A stretch of 37,062 nt of DNA. Source: Octopus bimaculoides (lineage: Eukaryota). Of the stretch, positions 23,590-35,503 are shown one piece after another. The first letter of the stretch is position 1. Each line of letters begins with the position of its first letter. A program made the position numbers and the translations under genes. The DNA is taken from NCBI RefSeq assembly GCF_001194135.2, contig NC_068981.1, positions 75,426,208 to 75,463,269 on the forward strand. The letters run 5' to 3'. Below the pieces are notes generated by a model. It was not told where the DNA came from. It worked only from the letters and a program-made list of their open reading frames with translations, and did not search any database.

Positions 23590-23797
23590 CTGTAGGCACA
23601 AGGTCTAAAATGTTGGGCGGGGGGGGGCTTGTCGAACACATCAACCCCTGTGCTCAATTGGTACTTTTTTGTCATCGACCCCGAAAGCATGAAAGACAAA
23701 ATTGACTTCGGAGAAATTTGAACTCAGAACATAAAAACGGACAAAATGCCGCTAAGCATTTTGTACGACGTGCTAACTGTTCTGCCAGCTTGCTGCC
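23590..23797 (-). mobile_element. SINE family A (diverged)
   Basis: Reverse complement ggcagcaagctggcagaacagttagcacg...gttctgagttcaaatt...ctttcatgctttcggggtcgatg...gtaccaattgagcacaggggttgat. Confidence 0.85.
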
Positions 23798-25094
23798 TTC
23801 ATTCACAAGCAAATAATGACTATGTAATATATGGGGAAGAAAAACCGATTACAAAAGTCTTGCGTATGCAGAACATTATCGGTTAACATATTGATAATCT
23901 AGGAGTATAAAACAAGGGATATTTAGAGAACAATGATTTTCAATGTATGCTTTCTGGCACCAATAAGTCATGTGGATTTAATAAGAGAGGATCACTGTCA
24001 GAGTTGTCGTGCATAACTGGACATAACTGGTGATTTTTTATCCGCGTATGGATACTTATCGTAACTACTCTTCATTTTTACTTTTTAAATATTATTTTGC
24101 ATTCATAAGGAAATAAAACCATATTTTCCCTCTATTTTTTATATATCCACTTTTTGCAAACTCTATGCCTTCATTTTTCTTTATGGGATGTGTGGAGATC
24201 TATATTTTTATCTACCTAAGTATAATTGAACCACTGAAGGTAGATAAATTAATAAGAATCCTTGTGATTGATCCGCAGAATCGTTCGAATTCCGGAGAGA
24301 ATGATTTTAGTAGTTAGTTGCGACTATTTTTCTTATGAGAATTTAAAACTCACCAATATGAAATATGATTTTCACTCTTCTGTAGTTGGTAAGATGCAGC
24401 ACCAGCCAAGTTGTTCTTAATTGTAAGTCTACAAATTCCACTAGCCTCTGTCTAATTAGTATCCTCAAAAGTACATACGTTGGTACAGTTGTGAAATGGT
24501 GTTACCTGGTGATTTAGTTTTCGTGGTGCTTGCTTTTGCTGAGGAATAATGTCACTTTCCATGTCACGAGAGGCTGGCAGAGCAAGACTTGCATATTATC
24601 TCATGGCAATAATGTTAGAACACCATCAGCCTCCAAATAGCTATTCATTTTCTTTGGTCTGGGTAGCCTCCTGCTCATGAAGAGTTCCTTAATCACAGTG
24701 ATCGAGGAAGAATCAATTACTTCTGAAGTGATTACACGTAAAACTCAGTAATATGTCGTAGGAACTTTTACCAATATTGTCTTATTTCATATATTGGACA
24801 ATGGGCTGTATTAAAATTAAGTTGGAATTTCTCATACCAATGGAAACCATTTCAATTGGATAACATATGGATTACTCCTCACTGATGATGTTATGAATTT
24901 CCGGGGCGACAAACTCTCTCACCTGAGAGGGTTTACATCACGAGCGATAGGTTTTCATTCACACAGGGAGTAAAACTCGACGGAAAAAAATCTACTTCCC
25001 TCATGGAATAATTTTTAGTATATTCTTCGACTATTTTCCTTGATCATTTTCTGCTTTTTTTTTTGTCATTCTCAGTTATGAGTAAGTATAAAAA

Positions 25095-25119
25095 TCTCTC
25101 TCTATCTCTCTCTTTCTCT

Positions 25120-25163
<44 letters not shown>

Positions 25164-25225
25164 TATATGTATATACATATACATATATATACAATTCATA
25201 CATACATTCATACATACATATATAC

Positions 25226-25266
<41 letters not shown>
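25095..25266. repeat. Compound microsatellite (CT)n(CA)n(TACA/TA)n
   Basis: Direct reading. Confidence 0.95.
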
Positions 25267-25269
<3 letters not shown>

Positions 25270-25726
25270 TCTTTTCTGTACAAATAAATGTACGACTGCT
25301 ACTGGTGGGTTTTTGGGGCTCCACGTAAAATATCACTATCCAATTTGCTTCCAGTATAGTGGTATGATTACTACAATATTATGTAATATTACTGGTTACG
25401 GTATACAGAGTAAATGTCGGAGAATATGTTTTATGATAAGCACATATATTATTATGTTATATTATTGGGTCTCTACGTACTTCTAGTATTTCATATTATA
25501 TTTTGGGTTCTCTACATACTTGTACTTTTCGCTATTATGTTTATTTGCAAACTCAGTATTGAATGTTCCTCGAGCAATTGGATGCTGAACTGCATTTAGG
25601 CATTTGGTCATTGTAACATAATATAATAAAATGCGCACCCTGATAATCTATTGTGTTTAAACATCGAATTGCAGGGGTGAAGTGCATGTTGGGAACAAAT
25701 AATATGCACTTATGTTTAACATAGGT

Positions 25727-25776
<50 letters not shown>

Positions 25777-26465
25777 CCAACATTAACTCACGAATATACA
25801 ATATAATTCCTCGTAGTCGAGTGTAATTCGAGAAAGGGTTCAACGAAAATTTGTCGACATTTAGAAACGATTTTAGCTATAGCATAACATTATAAATAAA
25901 ATATTACTTCCCTTACAAAATTCTCCTCCGATAATATATTATTTCTATACAACTGCAACACGTGAGGTTGGCTTACTGGACATTTATGCAAATGGGCAAA
26001 AACAATCATCAGTCACGTATTTTTAAATTCATTATCAGTTTAAATGAAATAAAAATATATATACCGTACAGAACGATTTGGAATCCAACAGACATACTGA
26101 CGCCTATGAATGCTTCTGAATAACCTCAGAATATGTGCAACATAAGAATACACTCTGCGGAGAATACATCAATGGACATTAAACCACACACACACAACAG
26201 ATTAAATACAGTATTCATCTTAATCGGATGTAATTCCCGACAAGAATGTTGCGAAAATTATTAATATTTCGTGGAGTCAAAATAAGACTCTGGTGGTGTG
26301 AAAGTATTAAAAACAAATAATAAACAATTGGCAAAGAGGATTAAACTAAAGAAGATTATGATATAAACATACTCCAGCTTTAATAAATTGGTTTCAATAG
26401 CTTTATTGCATCATCGCTTCACAGTGGCTTTGTCAAGTGCTTGAGATGGATTTACGCAAATACAC

Positions 26466-26508
<43 letters not shown>

Positions 26509-26574
26509 NNNNNNNNNNNNNNNNNNNNNNNNNNNNNNNNNNNNNNNNNNNNNNNNNNNNNNNNNNNNNNNNNN
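26509..26574. other. Assembly gap
   Basis: N run. Confidence 1.
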
Positions 26575-26619
26575 GTGTGTGGAGAGAGAGAGAGACAGAC
26601 AAACAGACAGACAGACAGG

Positions 26620-26830
26620 AACAAAAACTGGAAATATTCAGGTAAACATTCATGTATAAGCATATAAATGTTTATATATTTACAGTACACATTTACATGG
26701 AGTACAAAAGATAGAAAGCAAAGTGGGGAGGGCATAGATTTTCAGATCTGACAGCTGTTTCTGGGGGCTCGGAAATATGTAATAGTTGTAATGTTGGCAG
26801 ACGGAGTATGCAGAAATTCTAGAATATGAC
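26620..26830 (+). repeat. Unclassified old interspersed repeat (second copy 32245-32455)
   Basis: Shared blocks aactggaaatattcag, gagggcat...tttcag.tc.gacag, tgggggctcggaa, taatgttggcaga.ggagt.tgca. Confidence 0.75.
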
Positions 26831-27166
26831 GTAGACCTAAATAACTTCTTAATCTCTCGAAAACGGTGAAGTCTTGACGAGTTCGATTGTTAGGGAAAAT
26901 GAAACGTCAAGAATGTTCAGAGCCAAATTTATGTTTCTTCTCCTGGAGTATTTATAAACATTTCGTTTGTGTAGATAAATACATAAATAGAGAGAGGGAG
27001 AAACAGAGGGAAAGATGGACAAAAAGAAAGGCATGTAGATAAAAAAAATCATGTATATATAAAGAGATTTCTTGTGTAAGGCAGGAACAATGCGAAAAGA
27101 TACAAAGTTAACTACAAAAGGAAAAGGAATGAAAACAAAACAAAACAAAGTTGCAGCTTCAGTTTG

Positions 27167-27205
27167 TATTTCTATATTTCGGGGTTATAACATCTTCAGG
27201 ACATA
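27167..27205 (-). ncRNA. Degenerate minimal type-I hammerhead ribozyme motif
   Basis: Minus strand tatgtc-CTGAAGA-tgttataacccc-GAA-ATAT-A-gaaata. Stem I pairs at 5 of 6 positions, stem III palindrome AUAU, UA cleavage site, stem II damaged. Confidence 0.55.
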
Positions 27206-27945
27206 TTGAAAAAACGAGGGGTTGAAAAGTCGTTGCTCAGGTTCTTGTGGGATGAAGGAGGAAGGTGACAAGTGCACACTGGTGTTGTTATAGTAACCAG
27301 TCTGCTTCATATAATTCCTTCCTGCTGTTGGTCTCTCTTCACTGGTTTCACTTTGTTGATAAAGACATCCTCCATGCTTCTGAGATTGCCTGTACTGCGT
27401 TGGTGTTCCTGGTGTATACATTAAAATCCAGGGTCTAGCACTTCTTTAGATGTTCATTTTTTGAAATGTTTGTGTGCATATGTTCTTTTATTAAAATGTT
27501 CAATTTCGTGGTTGTGCTCCCCGTGTAGAATATCTCTCATTTACTGCGGAATTCTTCATGTACCACATAGGCCCTGGAGCACATTTTGACGTCGGTGATG
27601 AGCATTTGGATAGTAAGTACCTCATAAAACTTTCTGTGAAGTCATCTCTCGACAGAAATGTCCACAAAAATGGACCGGTGAGCACCATCTGTATATTGAA
27701 TTCTTCCCTGTGGATCGCATGTTGTATAGCTGCAGTTGTTCTATCATTGAAGTAGAACATTCTAAGGAAGCACATTTCAAGCTTGGAATTATAATCCACC
27801 TTATGTGGTAGACTCACATTGATGTTTTGTAGGTGCAGTCGGTTGGCTAAAGATGGCGGATAGCCGTTGTGTGTCAAGTTCCTGAGGAACCGCTCGGTGC
27901 TGATAGCTTTGTCAGTTGTGTCACTATATCTGTCCCTTATGCGAA

Positions 27946-28177
27946 GGCGGTGAGCTAGTAATGTCAGCACGCCGGACGAAATACTTAGCGGTATTTCGTC
28001 TGCGTTACGTTCTGAGTTCAAATCCCGTCGAGGTCGACATTGCCTTTCATCCTTTCGGGGTCGATAAATTAAGTACCAGTTACGCACTGGGGTCGATGTA
28101 ATCGACTTATTCCCTTTGTCTGTCCTTGTTTGTCCCCTCTGTGTGCAGCCCCTTGTGGTCAGTAAAGAAATAAGAAA
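27946..28177 (+). mobile_element. SINE family A, full length, nested antisense in the Penelope RT thumb
   Basis: ggcggtgagctag...gttctgagttcaaatccc (B box)...gcctttcatcctttcggggtcgataaattaagtaccag...ccccttgtggtcagtaaagaaataag. Confidence 0.92.
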
Positions 28178-29392
28178 CATCTTGTGCGTATGCAGCCTTG
28201 GCTCTGGTGGGCACTACTGATTCTTAGTGCACGAACAGATTTCTACTGGCCACTTTTCTGAAAAAATTAGTGTAAATGGAACCCTCCTCTGTGATCTTGA
28301 TTTGGAAATCCAGCAGAGAGTGTGTTCCGGATTCGTCCCGGTCTTCTTCAAATTTGATGCAGTTATCGATGTTGCTGAGTCTTTGTTGTATGGCGGTAGG
28401 TCCTCCTCGGAGAAGGGAAATATCAGGATATCGTCGACATATTCCGAAAAAAAGACAGACGCATAAGTGGCAGATGTTAGGCACCGTATTTTCCAATTGG
28501 TCCATGTATGAGATGGCCAGAAGGCCAGAGAGGCTAGATCCCATCGGTAGACTTTAAATCAATTTTTATCCTTTACCGTTTTACTGAAAGTAGGTGTTAA
28601 AGACTATGATGTTTAGTAGCTCTCAGGTATCTGAGAGTGCAAAACTGTAAAGCATACATACACAGATATGCTTGTGCTGGTATATGAGTTTCAATTCCGT
28701 TTCTTTTCGATGTTATAGACTCGTGTAATATCACTGAAATCATTAAACATTTTAGGGAGCACTTCTCAATAGATTTTTCTCATTTTATATGGAGTACGAT
28801 GGGGTTTGGACGAACACCTCTGTGTAAATAAAAAATATCTGTACACAAATTTATGAATTCGAAACACCAATAATTTACAACTTCAGGGACCATGTTTGGC
28901 GTCAAAACATGTGAAACTCCACAATTATGTGCACATAATTCAACACAAACAAAAGACGTACTGTAGACATATGCATGCGTGTATATATATACGAATACAC
29001 AACTCCACGAACCAAGTTTGGCTTCAAAATATGTAAAAAATGTGAAAAATATGTGCAACCTCGAAATTATGGAAGTTCTTTTAAGCAAACTTGTGATCTA
29101 TTGATTTTGGGACAATGCTTTTTGTTCGGGGCAAATACACAATTAAAGGCAATATAGTTTATTCCCACCCATCTTATTATCTGAAAAGGACCCAGCTCAA
29201 CATATTCAGCACAAAATGCTAGGGGATTAGCTTTTTATCATTTACTTTTTACTCGTTTTAGTCATTTTATTTGTTTTAGTCATTTGTCTGCGACCAATGC
29301 TGGGATATATGTTTTCTTCAGGGAAGAATGGACGGATGAATTACTTAATGTGCGGGAGTTTTATCACTCATGTCGTTTCTTTTTCAGAGAAA

Positions 29393-29535
29393 GAGATAGA
29401 GAGAGAGGGGGGAGAGAGATATACAGAGGCAGAGGGAGAGAGATACAGAGGGAGAGGGAGAGAGGTACAGAGGGAGAGAGAGATACAGGGAGAGAGAGAT
29501 ACAGGGAGAGAGATACAGTGAGAGAGAGAGAGAAA
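29393..29535. repeat. (GA)n-rich degenerate microsatellite
   Basis: Direct reading. Confidence 0.9.
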
Positions 29536-29939
29536 GAGTTAATGATTGATTGAAAGAGACCTGCTATCATTTATAATAAGTAAAATCAGTAGTACTTAAT
29601 TTTTTTTTCTTAATAAAGCATGGAAACCTCTGACGTTAATATTGCGGAAAATTTCTGCCAACCTTTGTTTCTACGACAAAGATAAAAACAAAGCGGAAAC
29701 GGAAATATTTTTGAAATGAGAATAAAAGAACTCAGTATAATGATATAATATTAAAATGTTTCACAAAATTTGTAATTCATATCAATTGGTTTTCAACATT
29801 TCATATGATAAATGATTAAATACTATGCACTTTTATTCTTGTTTAAATATGCGTGTTATTTTTATCTCTCTTTTGTACTTATCTGTTTGTTTTCTGTCTC
29901 TCTTTTGTACTTATACCTCTGTTTTCATCTTCTCAGTTT

Positions 29940-30072
29940 GTCCATCCCTGCCTATCTGTCCATCTGTCCATCTGTCCATCCGGCTGTTTGTCTGTCTGAC
30001 TTTCTATCTGTCTGTCTGTCTGTCTGTTTTTCTCCCTCCTGTTTGTCTCTTGTCCCTGTTTGTCAGTCTCTT

Positions 30073-30142
<70 letters not shown>
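29940..30142. repeat. (CTGT)n/(CT)n pyrimidine-rich low-complexity tract
   Basis: Direct reading. Confidence 0.9.
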
Positions 30143-30143
<1 letters not shown>

Positions 30144-30430
30144 CTTGAAATCGGGAATCGACACAAGACAAAATTATTAGCTAACGTTTTCATTTATTTA
30201 TCAAAAAACATTTTCATCTCCCTTTCATTAACGGTATAAATATAATATAATGTAATATTTTTCTGCAATAAAATTACAGAATATGCTGAAACGGCCTATC
30301 TGCAGTTATTGAGATTATTAATAATATATGAATGCATATATTGTTTCTAGTTATTTGCTTATCCTTAATAATCAGAAAAATGAACTAAATGTATATTGGC
30401 AACAAAAGCACTTCGATAAGCTAATTAATG

Positions 30431-30720
30431 TGGAGGCGCAATGCCCCAGTGGTTAGGGCAGCGGACTCGCGGTCGGAGGGCGTTGCGTGTGTTTATTGAG
30501 CGAAAACACCTAATAGCTCCACGAGGCTCCGGCAGGGGGTGGTGACGACCCCTGTTGTACTCTTTCGCCCCAACTTCCTCTCACTCTTTCTTCCTGTTTC
30601 TTTTGAGTAACGCTGCGATGGACTGGTGTCCCGTCCAGCTGAGGGCAACACATACGCCATAGAAACCGGGAAACCGGGCCCATGAGCCTGGCTAGGCTTG
30701 AAAAGGGCGCAAAAAAAAAA
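30431..30720 (+). mobile_element. tRNA-derived SINE family D (V-domain-like core), poly(A) tail, TSD
   Basis: Head tggaggcgcaatgccccagtggttagggcagcggactcgcgg; core gctgcgatggactggtgtcccgtccag; A-tail; flanking gctaattaatg (30420-30430) and gctaactaatg (30722-30732). No B box in this copy. Confidence 0.8.
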
Positions 30721-31752
30721 TGCTAACTAATGGGAATACGGTTGACATATGTCTGACGGCAGTCATTATATGTCCAACTCTGAGTCGATGTCCATGATAG
30801 GAACCTGAAAACTGAATGTGCTTCAGTCTTGAATCAGATGGAAGCACACAGAATGGTTGAATTAGATGAAAGCGAGAAGAAAATTAACACTATAAATTTT
30901 GTACACAACACAGTGCAAATTAAAGGGACTGAAATATATTAGAAAGCGAAGCTATAAGATAATACAGAAAATTGTAAACATTCTTTAGTTGCTTTTGGTA
31001 TGTGGAGAGAAGGGGTGAATTCCCCTGACCAATTTCAGTTAAACGCTCCGTCAGGAGTCTCCCACACTTTCCTCGAACATCAAATACTGTGGAGTGTGTT
31101 TACATCCTTATATATTCTCTCACAAATAGGTTTTTCAAATATGTAATTGTAAATCAAAAAGAAAATATGTAAACGGAAAATTTCCGAAACATTCCAATTT
31201 TTTTAAGAACCCCTTCGAAATTTGGCATGAAAAAGTATTAAGTACCGTTAAGTTTGATTTGATTTTCTACTATAAGCAGTTGTCTTCCTCCTTCTAGCTT
31301 ATTCTTTCTTTCCTTTCTCACACTCGTTTTCAAAACAAGATTAAACCACTTTCTCAACTTCACAATTTTACTTCATAAATCGAACAGTCATCCACTGTTA
31401 ATGTGTACGTATATATTAAAATTTCTTCCACTTGCATTCTGCACCGGAAATACAGCAATGTAGAAATGACTTGTCTGCAGATCTAGACAATATTAAATGC
31501 ATTTCTTGTCTTTAGTATAAATGTATATTGTGCTTAGTTATTTACTTGCCGCAGACATGTTGTCCTCTCCTTAAAATGAATGAACATAGGTAATTCAGAT
31601 AAATAAATTGCTTGCTAGCTAGCTAATCAACCGACCAACCAACCAACCAACCGTCTAACTAACTAACTAACTAAATTACTTATTTACTTACTCACTAAGT
31701 GACTAAGTAATACCCTATCTATCTATGAATATCTCTCCCTCTCCCTCTCAAC

Positions 31753-31845
<93 letters not shown>

Positions 31846-32069
31846 CTGGTGTCTAGGGAGAGTCATTATGCTAATATAATTAGCACACGCACTGTTCCAG
31901 TTCCACTCCTTTATTATTAGTCAATTGGTCAGATATGCAACTAACTAATAAATTGTTTAACTTGCTTTGGTACTGGTTGTCGTTTAACCAATTGACTAAT
32001 AATAAAGGAGTGAAGTTGAATCGGTGCATGTGTTAATTATACTGTCATAATATCTCTCCCGAGACACAG
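31846..32069. mobile_element. MITE with ~80-bp imperfect TIRs
   Basis: 31846-31929 matches the reverse complement of 31987-32069. The inner 26 bp (cactcctttattattagtcaattggt) are perfect. Confidence 0.85.
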
Positions 32070-32118
32070 CAAAATTTGTGTCAACACACGAATTCACATA
32101 AAGAATCTAGCAAACCAG

Positions 32119-32201
32119 ATGAAAGGTAAAGTCGACCTCGGTGGACGAAATACCGCTAAGCATTCCTCTCGGCGTGCTAACGGTTCTGCCAGCTCGCCGC
32201 C
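32119..32201 (-). mobile_element. SINE family A, 5' fragment with internal deletion
   Basis: Reverse complement ggcggcgagctggcagaaccgttagcacgccgag...cgaggtcgactttacctttcatc; the B-box region is missing. Confidence 0.85.
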
Positions 32202-32244
32202 CTGTGTGACATATATATAGAGAGAAAGGGAGACAGAGAGATAC

Positions 32245-32455
32245 ACAACTGGAAATATTCAGAAGATTAACACCCATGTTTATGCATATAGATATTTACA
32301 TATTTATAAACAAATTTATATGCAATACACAAAATGTAGAAAACTAAGGGGAGAGGGCATTGTATTTCAGGTCCGACAGTTACTTTTGGGGGCTCGGAAT
32401 TACGTTATCGTTTTAATGTTGGCAGATGGAGTTTGCAAAACGTCAAGGATATGTA
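32245..32455 (+). repeat. Unclassified old interspersed repeat (copy of 26620-26830)
   Basis: See 26620-26830. Confidence 0.75.
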
Positions 32456-33269
32456 ATTAGCAGTGGATGCTTATGACTTGCTTCATATTCTCTGCCTGCC
32501 CAGATCCTTACCAAATTTTGTATACCATATCATTATTGTGGGCAATGCTAAGTGTCAGTTTCAAAGCAGAATATGCAGGCTTCTCACTTGTATGGGAGGA
32601 AAGCTCCAGCATTTTCAGCGTGAGAGGACTGTAGCCGTTACCTGCTTGAGTGAACGATATTTTTGCTCAAATTAGATCGATCAAAAAATATTACCTGTTC
32701 CACCAGAAACATTAATGGAAACTATTCTTCTAGTCAGATATCACCAACATTTTGATTTTTTTATAAGCATTTTCTTTATAAAATAACTGAAACCAAGAAT
32801 GTTCCCTTTTGATGGAGATGCTGTTTCAGACTTTTAATATGATAGCTGATTGCCTGAAGAATCTTTAGACATAGAGCTATAGCTTCAATTTCCAATGGTG
32901 CTGGTGGTGCACAATTTCAAGGTCCTTACCAGCCGTGGAGCATACAGTATTTTTAACGAAGATCAGTGTCTGTTGTAAATGGCTACGATAACCACAAAAT
33001 GTAGGATGTTTTTACACTGGTTGTGCTTGTTCATTATATTAAGGTTGCCGAAGAATAGATGTTGAACAATTACATAAAGGAATGGTGAACAAGTACATAC
33101 ATAAATAGCAAATTCTCCACACCAAAGTACCGTTCCAATATGCAAAACACAGTTATTCCATCTTGCAAACATGTGAATGATGCATGTACTTCTCCTAAGT
33201 AGAAACAGTATGTAGATGGAGGGTGGAAAGTGTCTTTCAGATGGCACAGAACATATATACACACACACT

Positions 33270-33640
33270 TTACTTCACACAAAGACATATATGGAGACAC
33301 ACTCCACACATATGGAGATGCACATCCGTACATACAAACACGGTACATAGTTTCAAAACACACACACACACACTCAGACGTTCACACACAAAGAGACAGA
33401 GGTACACACACACATATACAAACACACAAAAACGGACATGAAAGCACATAAATGTGCAGAATACATGCATACAAATGTACACACATAATTAGATACATAT
33501 GCACATACACACATACATGCATACACACACATGCATAGATACATGCATACATACGTACATGCATACATACACACATACATGCATGCATGTATAGGCTCAC
33601 ACACACACTGATCCACACACCTGCGCCACACATGCGCACA
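33270..33640. repeat. Cryptic (CA/TA/CATG) low-complexity tract
   Basis: Direct reading. Explains several M/C/V/Y-rich ORFs. Confidence 0.85.
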
Positions 33641-33744
33641 AACAAACAAAAAGGAACGCGGTGTGAGCAACAGACAGAGTCAAAACTGTTGAAAAGGCTG
33701 CAAGACGCAACGAAAATTTTAGAAAAATAAAGAAGAAATAAGTG

Positions 33745-33808
33745 GAAATTTTACCGGTGAGTGTGTTAAATTATAAGACACCAAAAGAGAATGTCTCTCC
33801 CCAGACAC
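33745..33808. mobile_element. Partial TIR of the MITE family at 31846-32069
   Basis: cggtgagtgtgttaaattata...tctctccccagacac versus cggtgcatgtgttaattata...tctctcccgagacac. Confidence 0.6.
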
Positions 33809-33849
33809 AACAGTATATGCTTCAACACAGAATCTTGCAAGTCAGATCC

Positions 33850-34775
33850 AAGGGGAATGTTCTTTATGTTGCATGTCTCGTTTCTCTGTTATTTTTCCGT
33901 ATTTTTTTTTCGTATTTCGAAAAAATATTCGTTTTCTATGTTTTTGTTTTTACATTTTCGTTTTCTCATTGTGTCTACATTATTTGATGTTCTGTACCCA
34001 TATATGATTGTATATATACATATATATGTAGGTATATACATATATGTATGCATATATGCATATATTTATATATTATTTATATCATTATATGATCGAACAC
34101 CACGCATCCCTTTCCAAGTAAGTTTTATCTTAATAATTACGATGCGCACTCTTCTCCTATCTCTTCTCTGTCTATCTATCTCCCTCTCTTGTTCTTCTTC
34201 CATTCTGATTTTCTCTCCCACCCGTTCCCTATTCTTCTGCTCTCCCCTTCCCCGTTCTCTCTCTCACTCTTCCTCCTTGACTCTCTGGTCGCTGACACGT
34301 GACGGAAGGTGATCTATTTTCTTTCTTTCACTTCCTTCGTAAAGACAAGACGTGCTTTTACCTGTCTCTTCTCATAGAACGTTTTCCAGCGTTCATAATC
34401 TTTCACATCGTCTTGGTTCAACAGCCCTCACCGTTTGTTTTTACTTGTTTGTTCTCACTGTCCTGTTTGTGTTACAACTTTCATCCTCCGCAAAAAATCT
34501 CAAATTTTATTTAATTTGCTTTGCGGGAAGGACTGTTTCAACGAAGTCGCGTATTGTCCTTAACTTCGAAACGCAGAGTTGATGAAACAAGCACAACTGA
34601 TGAAGGGGAATGTTCTTTATGTTGCATGCCTCGTTTCTCTGTTTGTTCTTTTTTTTTTCGTTCTTGGAAAAATGGTTCGTTTTTATGGTTTCGTTTTCTC
34701 ATTGTGTCTACATTTTTTGAAGTCCTGTACCCATATATGCATGTATATATACATATATATGTAGGTATGTACATA
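33850..34775 (+). repeat. Unclassified repeat with ~180-bp direct repeats (33850-34038 and 34603-34775)
   Basis: aaggggaatgttctttatgttgcatg.ctcgtttctctgtt...ttttctcattgtgtctacatt...ctgtacccatatatg occurs twice. The internal segment begins atatgatcgaacaccacgcatcc...caagtaagttttat, also seen at ~20976-21017. Confidence 0.8.
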
Positions 34776-34789
34776 TATGTATGTATATA

Positions 34790-34905
<116 letters not shown>

Positions 34906-35284
34906 GTTTACGTCATGAGAAAATACAAATTTTGAGAGAAATAAAATATAACATTTATAATTGTAGAAATAGAAGTGGATAATGCTATATATAATAGTGT
35001 GTAAATAATAAGAGATAGATGAAAGAAGATGAAGGCTACTCGTAGACTCGATTTCACACCTTCAGTAAACATGATAAGTGTTCTACAAATGTTTGTGTGT
35101 AAGCGTAATGGAAAGTCAAAATGCAGAAAGGCAAAACACAAAAAGAACAAAATACGATTGCAAAATACGTTCAGGAGGGTAATGAAATGAGAAGACACTC
35201 ATAAAAACATGCATAGACAGGCAGACATGGCTCACGCGAGTGAAACCTATTTAAGTTAAAATCGCCATCTGTGTATAATTCGTA

Positions 35285-35503
35285 TTTCTTTATTGCCCAC
35301 AAGGGGCTAAACGTAGATGGGACAAACAAAGGTATTAAGTCGATTACATAGACCCCAGTGCGAAACTGGTACTTAATTTATCGACCCCGAAAGGATGAAA
35401 GGCAAAGTCGACCTCGTCGGAATTTGAACTCAGAACTTAACGGCAGACGAAATACCGCTAAGAATTTCGCCCGGCGTGCTAACGATTCTGCCAGCTCGCC
35501 GCC
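35285..35503 (-). mobile_element. SINE family A, full length, with 12-13-bp TSD
   Basis: Well-preserved reverse-complement copy. ctgtgtataattc occurs at 35269-35281 and 35503-35515. Confidence 0.93.

Larger units (their letters stand above)
27165..28560 (-). mobile_element. Penelope-like element fragment (RT C-half + GIY-YIG + 3' end), interrupted by a SINE
   Basis: MGSSLSGLLAISYMDQLE; frameshifted YVDDILIF (28441-28430); IKFEE..LLDFQI; FFRK; LTHNGYP; GIY-YIG CSRAYVV...IFYTGSTTTKLNILIKEH...LRSMEDVFINKVKP. Confidence 0.88.

Noticed and set aside
24881-24930. CTGATGA motif
   Set aside because: No stem II or GAAA follows.
28923-28940. 18-bp perfect palindrome aattatgtgcacataatt
   Set aside because: Isolated and AT-rich, with no associated TIR or TSD context.
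32460-33270. GC-richer stretch with several 60-100-codon open frames
   Set aside because: No recognisable protein motif in any frame. Possibly an old TE, but unassignable without a search.
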